Assembly: GCF_902713615.1 (NCBI RefSeq)
Contig: NC_052158.1
Span: 51,898,539 to 51,962,538 of the forward strand
Origin: Scyliorhinus canicula
Taxonomy: Eukaryota
Direction of reading: 5' to 3'
DNA length: 64,000 bases
Below are positions 36,184 through 49,782 of this stretch, piece after piece. Below the pieces are notes generated by a model, which saw only the letters and a list, made by a program, of their open reading frames with translations, did not search any database and was not told where the DNA came from. Both the position numbers and the translations under genes were made by a program. Positions within the stretch are counted from its first letter, which is position 1. Every line of letters starts with the position of its first letter.

Positions 36184-37470
36184 GGATGTACAACAAGGTG
36201 AGAGAGTGGGGTCTCCCCCCCCTACATTGTCGCAGGCTTCCATCCCCCTAATTTTAAAGAAGGATAAGGACTCTGAGCAATGTGGGGCACACTGCTGAAT
36301 GTCACTTCTGAAAGCTGATGGAAAGCTGTTGGTGAAGGTTCTAACATCACAAATTGAGGACTGAGCATCGGGGATGATAGGGGAGAACCAGACGGGATTT
36401 GTGAAGGGAAGGCAGTTGTCAGCAAATGTGCTGGGGCTGATTAATGTAATGATGCCCCGGAGGGGGAGGAGGTAGAAGCAGTGGTTATGGATGTGGGGAA
36501 GGCTTTGATCAGGTGGAGTGTGTGTATTTATTGGGGGTGCTGGGGCAGGGGTTTGTGGATTGGTCCGGCTGCTGTACAGAGCATCGGTGGCGAGTGTTTG
36601 GACGAACTGGATGAGTTTGAGGTCACATCGTGGGGCGAGACAGGGGTGCCCGCTCTCCCAGTTGCTTCTTGCCTTGGCGATAGAGCCTTTACAATGGCGC
36701 TTCGGGTGTCGAGGGATTGGAAAGGATTGAGCAGGGAGGTGCTGAGCATACGGTTTCATTATATACGGACAATTTGTTGTTATATCTTGGACCTGCTGGG
36801 CAGCATTGGAGAGATTATGGAGATTTTGGGGGACTTTGGTTGTTTCTTGGGGTATAAGTTGAACATGGGGAAGAGCAAAGTATTCCCAATCAATGCTGGA
36901 GGGCAAGGACGGAGATTCGGGCAGATGCCGTTAAGAGTGGTGGGGGCCGAGCTTTAGGTGTTTAGGAATCCAGATGGCATGGAGCTGGGCCCAGCTAAAC
37001 AAATTGAACTTGGCATGATTGTTAGGGGGAAGTAGGTGGATTTTAAGAGGTGGGATGTGTTGCCGCTGTCGCTGCTGGGTGTGTGCAGACAGTACAAATG
37101 GCGGTGCTGTTCAGGTTTCTGTTCGTGTTACCGAGCCTCCTTATCTTTCTCGACAAGTTCTTTTTCAGGAAAGCTAATGGGATAATTTTGGGGTTTGTGT
37201 GGCCGGTGAAGACCCTGTGAGTGACGCAATTGTTCTTGGAGAAGGTAGAGAGGAGGGCATTGCCGAATATCATAAATTACTTTTGGCCGATGAATATTGT
37301 GGAGGAGAGCTGGCCTTTGGCGGGGGGGAGGGTGGGGGGGGGGGATCGGTGGATGGAGGCGGTGGCGTGTCGGGGAAAGAGATTAAGGGCACAGTTGTTG
37401 CCACCTCTTCTGTTCTCACCGGCCAGGTACTCCATGAGCCCATTGGTGGTATCAGCATTAAGGTGGGGAG
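36184..37470 (+). mobile_element. L1 relic, right part (RT region)
   Basis: RGARQGCPLSQLLLALAIEPL; FLGYKLNMGKS. Confidence 0.85.
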
Positions 37471-37473
37471 CTG

Positions 37474-38221
37474 ACTTCCGATGGCGGCCAAGGAGTGAGT
37501 GGTCGCACATTTGGTGGCTCCGGCTTAAGGGGGATTTTTTTGGTCTGTTCCTGCCCGAAGGGCTTAGTATTTGAGGGCAAAAGGTACAGGAGTACTCCTC
37601 TGATGTGCTGGTTAAAATGGGAGAGGTGGATGCGAGGTGGGGTTGGCGTAAGGGGAGCACTGAGGGGGGGGGATCCACGATCCTGAAGTTCTGCCTGCAT
37701 GATCGATTCTCCAGGTCCTCCACCTTGTCCTGCAGCCTCCTCTGTTGATCTCGCATCAACCCCATCTCCACTGCCATCAAGGCAAACTGCTCCTTGCGCT
37801 CCCCACCGCCTCCTCCACCTTCTGGATCACCTGGCCCTGAGCCTACAGGCTCATCTCCACACAGTCGATCCCCGCCTTTATCGGGTCCATCACCCTGGCC
37901 AGGTCCTCCAAGTTTTCTTTCCTTTGCTGGACAGATTTCTCATGGAGCTAGTTGCTCCGTTGACGTACGAGTAGGCATGATCGGTCCCCGACCCTCCGCC
38001 ATCTTCTCCTGTGTCGCAGGCACCGCAGCTTTCGACGATTGTTCCCTCCTTTTTCGACCATTTATGATGCACAGATCCGTACACTGGTGGGACACTCTCT
38101 CCTTCCACCCCTCCTGCACCTTTTACAATCTCATAGCCCAGCATTAGCCGGGAAAAAAGCTCAAAATTCACCAAGAGCAGGAGCCACCAAATGTGCGACC
38201 ACTCACACCATGGCCGAAGTC
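37474..38221. mobile_element. Two L1 5' ends in inverted (convergent) orientation, with an ORF1 fragment on the minus strand
   Basis: GTGAGTGGTCGCACATTTGGTGGCTCC at 37495-37521 and its exact reverse complement at 38180-38206; QDKVEDLENRSCRQNFRIV (L1 ORF1). Confidence 0.78.
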
Positions 38222-38224
38222 TTG

Positions 38225-38852
38225 CTGTGCCTTTTAAGTATCTTTTGGGTAATCTCTCTTGCTGGAAATGGCTGGCTCTGGATTGAGGGACGGGGAGGGA
38301 GACCCCGCTCGTTTGGTCACTTTTGTGAGTAAGACAAAGAATCCAGCACGGGTTTGTCGAGTCAAAGAGAAAGTACCTTTATTGACAACAATATGTTCTC
38401 TACTGATTCCCTCTAGTCGGTACCACACTGGCCAGCTCTATATATACAGCTGCACTGCTAATGATTACTCCGCCTCATTGGGGAGCTCATATTCCCCAAA
38501 GAACATGGGGTAACCAATTGCCCCAATCAATAGTATTCAGGAAGGTTATAAGATCTCTCCCCATAAAGTCCGAGGAAGGCGAATGAGGGTGTCAGACACT
38601 TTTGACTTCTAGCTGGGCATCATGCGCACAAGGCGCCCGATCAGGTGCCGTATAACAACAAGGCGAATGGTGCTTCTGAGATGAACGCCATGACAGGCCG
38701 ATGTTGAGAAGGCAATACCGCTGCCATTTCAGATCTCAGCGTATTTGTGTGCCAAAGTCCGTAAAAACCATGCCGAGGCGGGTACAAAATCTACAGACCA
38801 TTAGGAGTTCCGCTGGAACCACCTCAGTGATCAACTGTGGAGTGGTCCTATA
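38225..38852 (-). mobile_element. Gypsy 3' fragment (IN C-terminus plus LTR-like sequence)
   Basis: RTTPQLITEVVPAELLM integrase tail; GGGGAGAGA PPT-like tract before an LTR-like segment at ~38225-38552. Confidence 0.6.
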
Positions 38853-41800
38853 ACATAAGAACATAAGAACTAGGAGCAGGGGTAGGCCATCTGGCCCCTC
38901 GAGCCTGCTCCACCATTCAATGAGATCATGGCTGATCTTTTGTGGACTCAGCTCCACTTTCTGGCCGGAACACCATAACCCTTAATCCCTTTATTCTTCA
39001 AAAAACTATCTTTCATTACCTTAAAAACATTTAATGAAGGAACCTCAACTGCTTCACTGGGCAAGGAATTCCATAGATTCACAACCCTTTGGGTGAAGAA
39101 GTTCCTCCTAAACTCAGTCCTAAATCTACTTCCCCTTATTTTGAGGCTGTCCCCTAGTTCTGCTGTCACCCACCAGTGGAAACATCCTGCCCGCATCCAT
39201 CCTATCTATCCCCTTCATAATTTTATATGTTTCTGTAAGATTCCCCCTCATCCTTCTAAATTCCAACGAGTACAGTCCCAGTCTACTCAACCTCTCCTCA
39301 TAATCCAACCCCTTCTACTCTGGGATTAACCTCGTGAATCTCCTCTGCACACCCTCCAGCGCCAGTATGTCCTTTCTCAAGTAAGACCAAAACTGAACAC
39401 AATACTCCAGGTGTGGCCTCACTAACACCTTATACAATTGCAGCATAACCTCCCTAGTCTTAAACTCCATCCCTCTAGCAATGAAGGACAAAATTCCATT
39501 CGCTTTCTTAATCACTTGCTGCACCTGTAAACCAACTTTTTGCGACTCATGCATGAGCACACCCAGGTCTCTCTGCACAGCAGCATGTTTTAATATTTTA
39601 TCATTTAAATAATAATCCCGTTTGCTGTTATTCCTACCAAAATGGATAACCTCACATTTGTCAACATTGTATTCCATCTGCCAGACCCTAGCCCATTCAC
39701 TTAACCTATCCAAATCCCTCTGCAGACTTCCGGTATCCTCTGCACTTTTTGCTTTACCACTCATCTTAGTGTCATCTGCAAACTTGGACATATTGCCCTT
39801 GGTCCCCAACTCCAAATCATCTATGTAAATTGTGAACAATTGTGGGCCCAACACTGATCCCTGAGGAACGCCACTAGCTACTGATTGCCAACCAGAGAAA
39901 CACCCATTAATCCCCACTCTTTGCTTTCTATTAATTAACCAATCCTCGATCCATGCTACTACTTTACCCTTAATGCCATGCATCTTTATCTTATGCAGCA
40001 ACCTTTCGTATGGCACCTTGTCAAAGGCTTTCTGGAAATCCAGATATACCACATCCATTGGCTCCCCGTTATCTACTGCACTGGTAATGTCCTCAAAAAA
40101 TTCCACTGAATTAGTTAGGCACGACCTGCCCTTTGTGAACCCATGATGCGTCTGCCCAATGGGACAATTTCCACCCAAATGCCTCACTATTTCGTCTTTG
40201 ATGATAGATTCCAGCACCTTCCCTACTATTAAAGTTAAGCTCACTGGCCTATAATTACCCCGAGCCATCTCTTTTACCACTCTGGGATGCATTCCGTCAG
40301 GGCCAGGAGACTTGTCTACCTTTAGCCCCATTAGCTTGCCCATCACTCCCTCCTTAGTGATAACAATCATCTCAAGGTCCTCACCTGTCATAGCCTCATT
40401 TCTATCAGTCGCTGGCATGTTATTTGTGTCTTCCGCTGTGAAGACCGACCCAAAAAACCTGTTCAGTTCCTCAGCCATTTCCTCATTTCCCATTATTAAA
40501 ACTCCCTTCTCATCCTCTAAAGGACCAATATTTACCTTAGCCACTCTTTTTTGTTTTATATATTTGTAGAAACTTTTACTATAGAACATAGAACATAGAA
40601 CAGTACAGCACAGAACAGGCCCTTCGGCCCTCGATGTTGTGCCGAGCAATGATGACCCTACTTAAACCCACGTAACCCGTATACCCGTAACCCAACAATC
40701 CCCCCCATTAACCTTACACTACGGGCAATTTAGCATGGCCAATCCACCTAACCCGCACATCTTTGGACTGTGGGAGGAAACCGGAGCACCCGGAGGAAAC
40801 CCACGCACACACGGGGAGGACGTGCAGACTCCACACAGACAGTGACCCAGCCGGGAATCGAACCTGGGACCCTGGAGCTGTGAAGCATTGATGCTAACCA
40901 CCATGCTACCGTGAGGCCCCGTCAGGCTATCTGTTTTTATATTCTGAGCAAGTTTACTCTCATAACCTATCTTACTCTTCTTTATAGCTTTTTAAGTAGC
41001 TTTCTGTTGCTCCTCTAGTCCTCTAGTCTCCCACTAATCTTTGCCACTTTGTATGCTTTTCCCTTCAATTCCTCTCCCTTATTTCCTTAGATATCCACGG
41101 TCGATTTTCCCTCTTTCTACCGTCCTTCCTTTTTGTTGGTATATACCTTTGCTGAGCACTGTGAAAAATCGCTTGGAAGGTTCTCCACTGTTCCTCAACT
41201 GTTACACCATAAAGTCTTAGCTCCCAGTCTACCTTAGCTCTTCTCTCATCCCATTGTAATCTCCTTTGTTTAAGCACAAAACATGAGTGTTTGATTTTAT
41301 CTTCTCACTCTCCATCTGTATTTTAAATTCCACCATATTGTGATCGCTCCTTCCGAGAGGATCCCTAACTATGAGATCATTAATCAATCCTGTCTCATTA
41401 CTCAGGACCAGATCGAGGACCGCTTGTTCCCTCGTAGGTTCCATTACATACTGTTCTAGGAAACTATCGCGGATACATTCTATAAACTCCTCCTCAAGGC
41501 TGCCTTGACCGACCTGGTTAAACCAATCAACATGTAGATTAAAATCCCCCATGATAACTGCTGCACCATTTCTACAAGCATCAGTTATTTCTTTGTTTAT
41601 TGCCTGCCCCAACATAATGTTACTATTTGGTGGCCTAAAGACTACTACTATCAGTGACTTTTTCACCGTACTATTCCTGATTTCCAACCAAATGAATTCA
41701 ACCTTACCCTCCATAGCACCGATGTCATCCCTAACTATTGCCTGGATTTAATCCTTAAATAACAGAGCTACCACCTCCCTTCCCATCCACTCTGTCCTTC

Positions 41801-42240
41801 CTAATAGTTTGATACCCTCGGATATTTAACTCCCAGTCGTCACCATCCTTTAACCATGTTTCAGCAATGGCCACTGAATCAGTCATTCATGATGATTTGC
41901 ACCATCAACTCATTTACCTTATTCCGAATACTACGAGCATTCAGGTAAAGTACACTTATGTTGGCTTTTATACCTCTGTTTTGAATCTTAACACCTCGAT
42001 CAGTAACCTCTTCTAAGTTATATTTCATCTTAACTTTTCTCCTAATTTTCCTTGTCGTTGAACCCATATCTTCATTTAACAACCTGCCGCATTGCTTACC
42101 ATTTATGTTTTTACTTCCTGTTGTATTCCTTTTAGTATTACAGGGACTATTCACTGAGCTCCCCTCAGTCATTGTACCTTGTACTTTCGCCCTTTTTGAT
42201 TTTTGACTAGAGCTCCTCTGCCTTACACTTTCCCCCTTAC
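38853..42240 (-). mobile_element. CR1 LINE (same subfamily as 32417-35118) with internal deletions and an HE1 insertion (40582-40920)
   Basis: ORFs 39315-40649 and 41229-41714; translated and nucleotide segments nearly identical to the plus-strand copy. Confidence 0.93.
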
Positions 42241-43640
42241 TTCCTTTTGTTTCTGTCCCGTTTTACTTCCTTCCGACTTCCTGCATTGGTTCCCATCCCC
42301 TGTCACATTAGTTTAAGCCCTCCCCAACAGCTTTTGCAAACACCACCCCCCCCCCCCTCCCCCCCTCCCCCCCCCAGGACATCGGTTCCAGTCCTGTCGA
42401 GGTGCAGACCGTCTGGTTTGTACTGGTCCCACCTCCCCCAGAACCGGTTTCAATGCCCCAGGAATTTGAAATCCTCCCTCTTGCACCATCTCTCAAGCCA
42501 CGCATTCATCCTATCTATCCTGACATTCCTGCTCTGACTAGCTCGTGGCACAGATAGAAATGCGGAGATTACTACCTTTGAGGTCCTACTTTTTAGTTTA
42601 ACTCCTAACTCCCTGAGTTCAGGGAGTTCAGGCGGAGCCGAGGTGCGGGTCGGGGGGGGGGGGGGGGGGGGGGGGAGTGGGATGGCCTTACCGAACTTTA
42701 AGAACTATTACTGGGCGGCAAATATAGCCATGATAAGGAAGTGGGTAGTGGGGGACGGGTCGGTTTGGGAGCAGGTGGAGGCGGCAACATGTCGGGGCAC
42801 AGGTTTAGGGCCGTTGGTAATGGCACCTCTGCCGTTCTCACCGGCCCGGCATTCCACAAGTCCGGTGATAGTAGCAGCTCTGAGGGTATGGGGGCAGTGG
42901 GGGAAGTATATGGGAGTGGAGGGAGCGTCGATGTGGGCTCCAGTCTGAGGGTGGGGGAGGGGAAGGTTTCGGAAATTTATAAAGAGCTCATGGAGTGGGA
43001 GGGGACCCAGATAGGAGAGGTAAAGCACAAGTGGGAAGATGTGCTGGGTAAGGAGCTCGAAGCAGGTCTATGGGAGGATGCTCTGAGTAGAGTCAACGCA
43101 TCCTCATGTGCCAGGCTCAGTCTGATACAATTTAAGATGGTCCACTGGGCACCAATGACGGTGGCCCGGCCAAGGAGGTTTTTTTGAAGGAGTGGACGAC
43201 AGGTATGGGAGGTGTGTGGGACGGCCCGCAAATCATGTCCACATGTTTTGGGCTTGTCCGAAGCTTAGGGATTTATCGAGCTGATGTCCACGGTTGTAAA
43301 GACAAGGGTGGCACCTAGTCCAGAGGTGGCGATTTTTGGAATGTCGGATGACCCGGGCTTCTAGGGGGCGAGAGAGGCTGACATGTTGGCCTTTTCCTCC
43401 TTGGTAGCCCGGAGACGGATCCTATCGGCATGGAGGGACTTGGAGCCCCCGAAATCGGGGATATGTGTTAGCGACATGGGCGGGTTTCTCAGGCTTGAGA
43501 AAATCAAGTTCGCCCTCAGAGGATCAATGTTAGGGTTCGTCCGGAGGTGGCAGCCGTGTATCCATTGACTTCTTTGGAGAAAACTAAACTGTTAGCAGAT
43601 ACTATAAAGGGAGAAGGTATGGAATGAGGGTGGTAGGGGG
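42240..43640. mobile_element. CR1 ORF1 3' fragment (minus, to ~42620) followed by an L1 C-terminal relic (plus)
   Basis: WGHWNRFWGRWDQYKPDGLHLDRTGT-type esterase end; ALPNFKNYYWAAN and HMFWACPKL L1 motifs. Confidence 0.75.
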
Positions 43641-43769
43641 AGATAGTTTAGTTTAGTTTAGGTGAGATCAGCATGTGGAGGGGAAGAGACAGGGGAATTG
43701 TGTGTATAAGCCATGATGGCTGGGTATGATTGTTGTTTGGGGGGGTGCTATTTACTGAGTTATGTTTAC

Positions 43770-46732
43770 AGGGGGATGGGAACCTAAATTGTAGTCCCAG
43801 TGTACAGGATGTTGAGAGTAGTGAGGTCAGGGATAGGGATAGGGTTGAAAGTTCGAAAGAGGGCACCGGCAAGCAGGACGCTGGTTTGAAGTGTGTCTAC
43901 TTCAACGCCAGGAGCATCCGGAATAAGGTGGGTGAGCTTGCAGCATGGGTTGGTACCTGGGATCTTGATGTTGTGCCGATTTCGGAGACATGGGTAGAGC
44001 AGGGACAGGAATGGTTGTTGCAGGTTCCAGGATTTAGATGTTTCTGTAAGAACAGAGAAGATGGTAAAAGAGGGGGGGGTGTGGCATTGTTAATCAAGGA
44101 AAGTATTACGGCGGTAGAAAGGACGCTTGAGGACTCGTCTACTGAGGTAGTATGGGCCGAGGTTAGGAACAGTAGAGGAGAGGTCACCCTGTTGGGAGTT
44201 GTCTATAGACCTCCAAATAGTTCCAGAGATGTAGAGGAAAGGATTGCAAAGATGATTCTCGACAGGAGCGAGAGTAACAGGGTAGTTGTTATGGGGGACT
44301 TTAACTTTCCAAATATTGACTGGAAATACTATAGTTCGAGTACTATAGATGGGTCAGTTTTTGTGCAGTGTGTGCAGGAGGGTTTTCTGACACAGTATGT
44401 AGACAGGCCAACAAGGGGCGAGGCCACATTGGATTTGGTACTGGGTAATGAACCCGGCCAGGTGTTAGATTTAGATGTAGGTGAGCACTTTGGTGATAGT
44501 GATCACAACTCGGTTATGTTTACTTTAGCAATGGGCAGGGATAGGTATATACCGCAAGGCAAGAATTATAGCTGGGTGAAAGGCAATTATGATGCTATTC
44601 GGCAAGATTTAGGATGTATAGGATGGGGAAGGAAACTACAGGGGATGAGTACAATCGAAATGTGGAGCTTTTTCAAGGAACAGCTACTGCGTGTCCTTGA
44701 TAAGTATGTACCTGTCAGGCAGGGAGGAAGTTGTCGAGCAAGGGAACCGTGGTTTACTAAGGAAGTTGAAGCACTTGTCAAGAGGAAGAAGAAGGCTTAT
44801 GTTAGGATGAGACATGAAGGCTCAGTTAGGGCACTTGAGAGTTACAAGTTAGCCAGGAAGGACCTAAAGGGAGAGTTAAGAAGAGCAAGGAGAGGACACG
44901 AAAAGTCGTTGGTGGATAGGATCAAGGAAAACCCTAAGGCTTTCTATAGGTATATCAGGAACAAAAGAATGACTAGAGTAAGATTAGGGCCAATCAAGGA
45001 TAGTAGTGGAAAGTTGTGTGTGGAATCAGAGGAGATAGGGGAAGCGTTAAATGGATATTTTCATCAGTGTTTACACTGGAGAAAGACAATGTTGTCGAGG
45101 AGAACACTCAGGTTCAGTCGACCAGGCTAGATGGAATTGAGGTTCAAAAGGAGGAGGTGTTAGCAATTTTGGAAAATGTCAATATAGATAAGTCCCCTGG
45201 GCCAGATGGGATTTATCCTAGGATTCTCTGGGAAGCCAGGGAGGAGATTGCAGAGCCTTTGTCCTTGATCTTTATGTCGTCTTTGTCGACAGGAATAGTG
45301 CCGGAAGACTGGAGGATAGCAAATGTTGTCCCCTTGTTCAAGAAGGGGAGTAGAGACAACCCTGGTAATTATAGACCTGTGAGCCTTACTTCGGTTGTGG
45401 GTAAAATGTTGGAAAAGGTTATAAGAGATAGGGTTTATAATCATCTTGAAAATAACAAGTTGATTAGCGATAGTCAACACGGTTTTGTGAAGGGTAGGTC
45501 ATGCCTCACAAACCTTATTGAGTTTTTTGAGAAGGTGACCAAACAGGTGGATCAGGGTAAAGCTGTTGATGTGGTGTATATGGATTTCAGTAAGGCGTTT
45601 GATAAGGTTCCCCACGGTAGGCTACTGCAGAAAATAAGGAAGTATGGAATTGAAGGTGATTTAGCGGTTTGGATCAGTAATTGGCTAGCTGAAAGAAGAC
45701 AGAGGGTGGTGGTTGATGGCAAATGTTCATCCTGGAGTTCAGTTACTAGTGGTGTACCGCAAGGATCTGTTTTGGGGCCACTGCTGTTTGTCATTTTTAT
45801 AAATGACCTGGAAGAGGGTGTAGAAGGATGGGTTAGTAAATTTGCAGATGACACGAAGGTCGGTGGAGTTGTGGATAGTGCTGAAGGATGTTATAGGATA
45901 CAGAGGGACATAGATAAGCTGCAGAGCTGGGCTGAGAGGTGGCAGCTGGAGTTTAATGCGGAAAAGTGTGAGGTGGTTCACTTTGGAAGGAGTAACAGGA
46001 ATGCAGAGTACTGGGCTAATGGCAAGATTCTTGGTAGTGTAGATGAACAGAGAGATCTCGGCATCCAGGTACATAAATCCCTGAAAGTTGCCACCCAGGT
46101 TAATAGGGCTGTTAAGAAGGCATATGGTGTGCTAGCCTTTATAAGCAGGGGGATTGAGTTTCGGAACCACAAGGTCATGCTGCAGCTGTACATATCTCTG
46201 GTGCGGCCGCACCTGGAGTACTGCGTGCAGTTCTGGTCACCACATTATAGGAAGGATGTGGAAGCTTTGGAAAGGGTTCAGAGGAGATTTACTAGGATGT
46301 TGCCTGGTATGGAGGGAAGGTCTTACAAGGAAAGGCTCAGGGAATTGAGGTTGTTTTCGTTAGAGAGGAGAAGGCTGAGGTGACTTAATAGAGACATATA
46401 AGATAGTCAGAGGGTTAGATAGGGTGGACAGTGAGAGTCTTTTTCCTCGGATGGTGATGACCAACACGAGGGGACATAGCTTTAAATTGAGGGGTGATAG
46501 ATATAGGACAGATATCAGAGGCAGTTTCTTTACTCAGAGAGTAGTAGGGGTGTGGAACGCCCTGCCTGCAACAGTAGTAGACTCGCCAACTTTAAGGGCA
46601 TTTAAGTGGTCACTGGATAGACATATGGATAAAAATGGAATAGTGTAGGTCAGATAGGCTTCAGATGGTTTCACAGGTTGGCGCAACATCGAGGGCCGAA
46701 GGGCCCGTACTGCGCTGTGTTCTATGTTCTAT
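43770..46732 (+). mobile_element. Young CR1/HER1 LINE, near-complete ORF2 (APE+RT) with about two frameshifts
   Basis: YFNARSIRNK, ISETW, GDFNFP, GDSDHN; ORF 45016-46383 RT; 3' end identical in design to the HE1 tail. Confidence 0.95.
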
Positions 46733-46734
46733 TT

Positions 46735-49351
46735 GTAATTGTTGTTATAAAATCACAAATGCCTCAATAAAATATTTTCCAAAAAAATACTGGGATAAAT
46801 TATTGAGTTACCTTCCAGAGGAAAAACAAACTGACCTGAAAGAGTTATTAATATCACATGGGCAAGTTTGTGGAAATAAGTTGGGAAGTACTAAAATGGT
46901 TATACATGATGTAGATGTGGGAAATGCTATTTCAATTAAACAACATCCATATAGACTTAACCACCTAAAATTGGCACAGGTTCAAAAAGAAATTGAAAGC
47001 ATGCTTAAAAATGGCATAATTGATGTGGGTTGCAGCCAATGGAGCTGATGGCACCGAAACTGGACGGTACCCAAAGATTGCATGTGGACGATAGAAAGGT
47101 TAATGCAGTTACAAGAACGGACCATGGTTGGAGGACTGCATTGAGAAGGTGGGATAATCAGCTTTTATCTTCAAATTGGATTTACTTAAAGGTTACTGGC
47201 AGGTACCTTTATCCGAAAGGGCAAAGGAGATTTCAGTTTTTGTGATTCCAAATGGTATATACCAATTCAAAGTTATGCCATTTGGCATGAAAAACGCCCC
47301 AGCCACATTTCAACGGTTAACTAACAAAGTCATTTCAGGATTACCCAACTGTGCGGTGTACATAGACTATCTGGTGACTTTTAGTCAGACATGGAAAGAA
47401 CATTTGAAGCATCTTTTGGAGTTATTCGATCGACTTCAGGGGGTGGGTTTGGTGGTAAACCTAGCCAAAAGCAAGTTTGGAAAAGCACAAGTCACGTTCC
47501 TTGGCCATACAATTGGACATGGATAAATGGTCCCACAGGATGTGAAAATTAATTTATTGTGGAGTTTCCAATACCCTTGACATAAAGAGAAATAATAATA
47601 ATATTTGCTTTTTGTCACAAGTAGGCTTCAATGAAGTTGTGAAAAGTTGGCACGAGTGGTATTTACCGTAAATTTGTGCTGAAGTTTAGCAGCGTGGTTG
47701 CTCCACTGACAGACTTGCTGAAGAAGCCTAGCAAGTTTTAGCGGATGGCGGAGTGTCAACAGGCATTTGACGGCCTGAAGGCTGTGTTAACGACTGCTCC
47801 TGTGTTGGCCACCACAAATTACACAAAACCATTCAACCTGGCTATCAATGCGAGTGATGTGGGCGTAGGTCCTGTGCTCTTGCAAGAAGACGCCGAAGGA
47901 ATAGAGCGGCCTTCTGGGTATTTTACCCCAAAATGAAATGATCACCAGAGGAAGTATTGAACAATTGAAAAGGAGACTATGAGCTTGGTGCTGGCTTTGC
48001 AACGTTTTAACATTTATGTTATCAGCAATTCACCTAAAACAATTATAGATACTGATCATAATCCAATGATGTTTTGGGACAAATTCAAGAATAAAAGTGC
48101 CAGACTGTTTTGATGAAGTTTATTATTACAGCCATTTAATTTAAAACTTTACATGTGGCAGGACGAGAAAATGTGATGGCCGCTGCTTTGTCACGAATGT
48201 GATAGTGAAGCAGGTTCGATGCTGGAAAAATGGACTGTATTCTTGGACATGTTTGCCTGTTTTGATGATTTAAAATGTATGTATGTTTATTGTCAAGTGT
48301 TAGGAATGGGCAAGCGAAAAGGTGAAAAATAAAACCATCTTTGAAGTTGATGGGTTTTTTTTTTCTTGAGGGAGGTGTCACGGGAGTCTTCCTTTAAGAA
48401 AAGTTTTTGTCTTATCACATGGCTTCAGTGATGTCATTTTGTGGGTGGAGCTGAGCTGTGGCTGAGAGGTTTTTTAAAGTTTCATTTTCAGTTTGACTGC
48501 TGTGGACTCAGAAGGAGAAAAAAGTGTTTATTCCTGTCTTTCCATGGTTTCATTTTAAAGAATTGTTCCAGAAAAATCTCTCATTGATTATAACTATCTG
48601 CTGTGGGAACTTAAAATATATAGTTTGCTTTCTGGGAGGGTTTAAACCTGGTGAGACGGGATCAGAATCTCAGGGAAATCCAGTCTCATTCATACAGAGT
48701 GCTGGGCCACGCCCTTGTAAAGGGGCTTTTGGTTTACAGGATTGTGTGTTTGAATTGAATAGTGAAGAAGGAATTCATTAAATGTCATACATAGATTATT
48801 GTAGCTGTGTGGGGCCTCACGGTAGCATGGTGGTTAGCATCAATGCTTCACAGCTCCAGGGTCCCAGGTTCGGTTCCCGGCTGGGTCACTGTCTGTGCGG
48901 AGTCTGCACGTCCTCCCTGTGTGTGCGTGGGTTTCCTCCGGGTGCTCCGGTTTCCTCCCACAGTCCAAAGATGTGCGGGTTAGGTGGATTGGCTATGCTA
49001 AATTGCCCGTAATGTAAGGTTAATGGGGGGATTGTTGGGTTACGGGTATACGGGTTACGTGGGTTTAAGTGGGGTGATCATTGTTCGGCACAACATCGAG
49101 GGCTGAAGGGCCTGTTCTGTGCTGTACTGTTCTATGTTATGTTTGCAATTGATAAAAATTCTTGATGTGTGTTTATGTTAACTAAGTTCTTAGAATAAAG
49201 CTTATTTTTTGAGCAAAGTGTCTGGGAAGACTATTGAATTACACCTTCAGTGAAAGCTCTCGTGCTCATCCTAAACAAATTCAACATAAAGGTTGTAGGT
49301 CAGGTGAACTTCATAATACACTTTGGAGTTTCTAAGCCCCAGCCCATAACA
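46735..49351 (+). mobile_element. Gypsy 3' portion ending RT-RNase H then LTR (Gmr1-type layout); LTR 48376-49351 with an HE1 insertion at 48811-49140
   Basis: IKQHPYR, DLLKGYWQV, MPFGMKNAPATFQ, YIDY, INASDVGVG, ENVMAAALSRM* at ~48200; PPT GAGGGAGG then TGTCA...TAACA. Confidence 0.82.
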
Positions 49352-49619
49352 ATATTAAAGTGAGACTGGCTGTCTCGCTCTAATACATCGCATCATCTCG
49401 TGCTATTGTGTTTGATGTCGCGAGGTGTTGTGAGCTGGGTCACCTGGCTTCTATCGCCACGGTACAGCCGCTGCTATTCAGGCGCAGCGAGGCCGTTCGA
49501 TCGCACCCTGTACTGTACTTCAAAAATACTTAATTGACTGTAAACCATGTTGGCTGTCTGATTGAATGTTTCCAAGTGCTCTGCTATAACATCTTATCAA
49601 GCTGGTTCAGCATTATTAA

Positions 49620-49782
49620 GCTGGTTTAGCTCAGTGGGCCAGACAGCTGGTTTGTGATGCAGAACAAGGCCAGCAGCGCGGGTTCAATTCCCATGCCAGC
49701 TTACCCAAACAGATGCCGGAATATGGGGAGTGGGGGCTTTTCAGAGTAAATTCATACTTGTGACAATAAAAGGGTATTATTA
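49620..49782 (+). mobile_element. tRNA-derived SINE (second family)
   Basis: CTGGTTTAGCTCAGTGG A box, GGTTCAATTCC B box, GTGACAATAAAAGG(TAT)n tail. Confidence 0.72.

Noticed and set aside
49360-49560. CpG-rich unique-looking stretch as a possible exon or ncRNA
   Set aside because: No convincing ORF, splice pair or tRNA fold; the 3' end weakly resembles a Deu-SINE tail, so probably old repeat debris.
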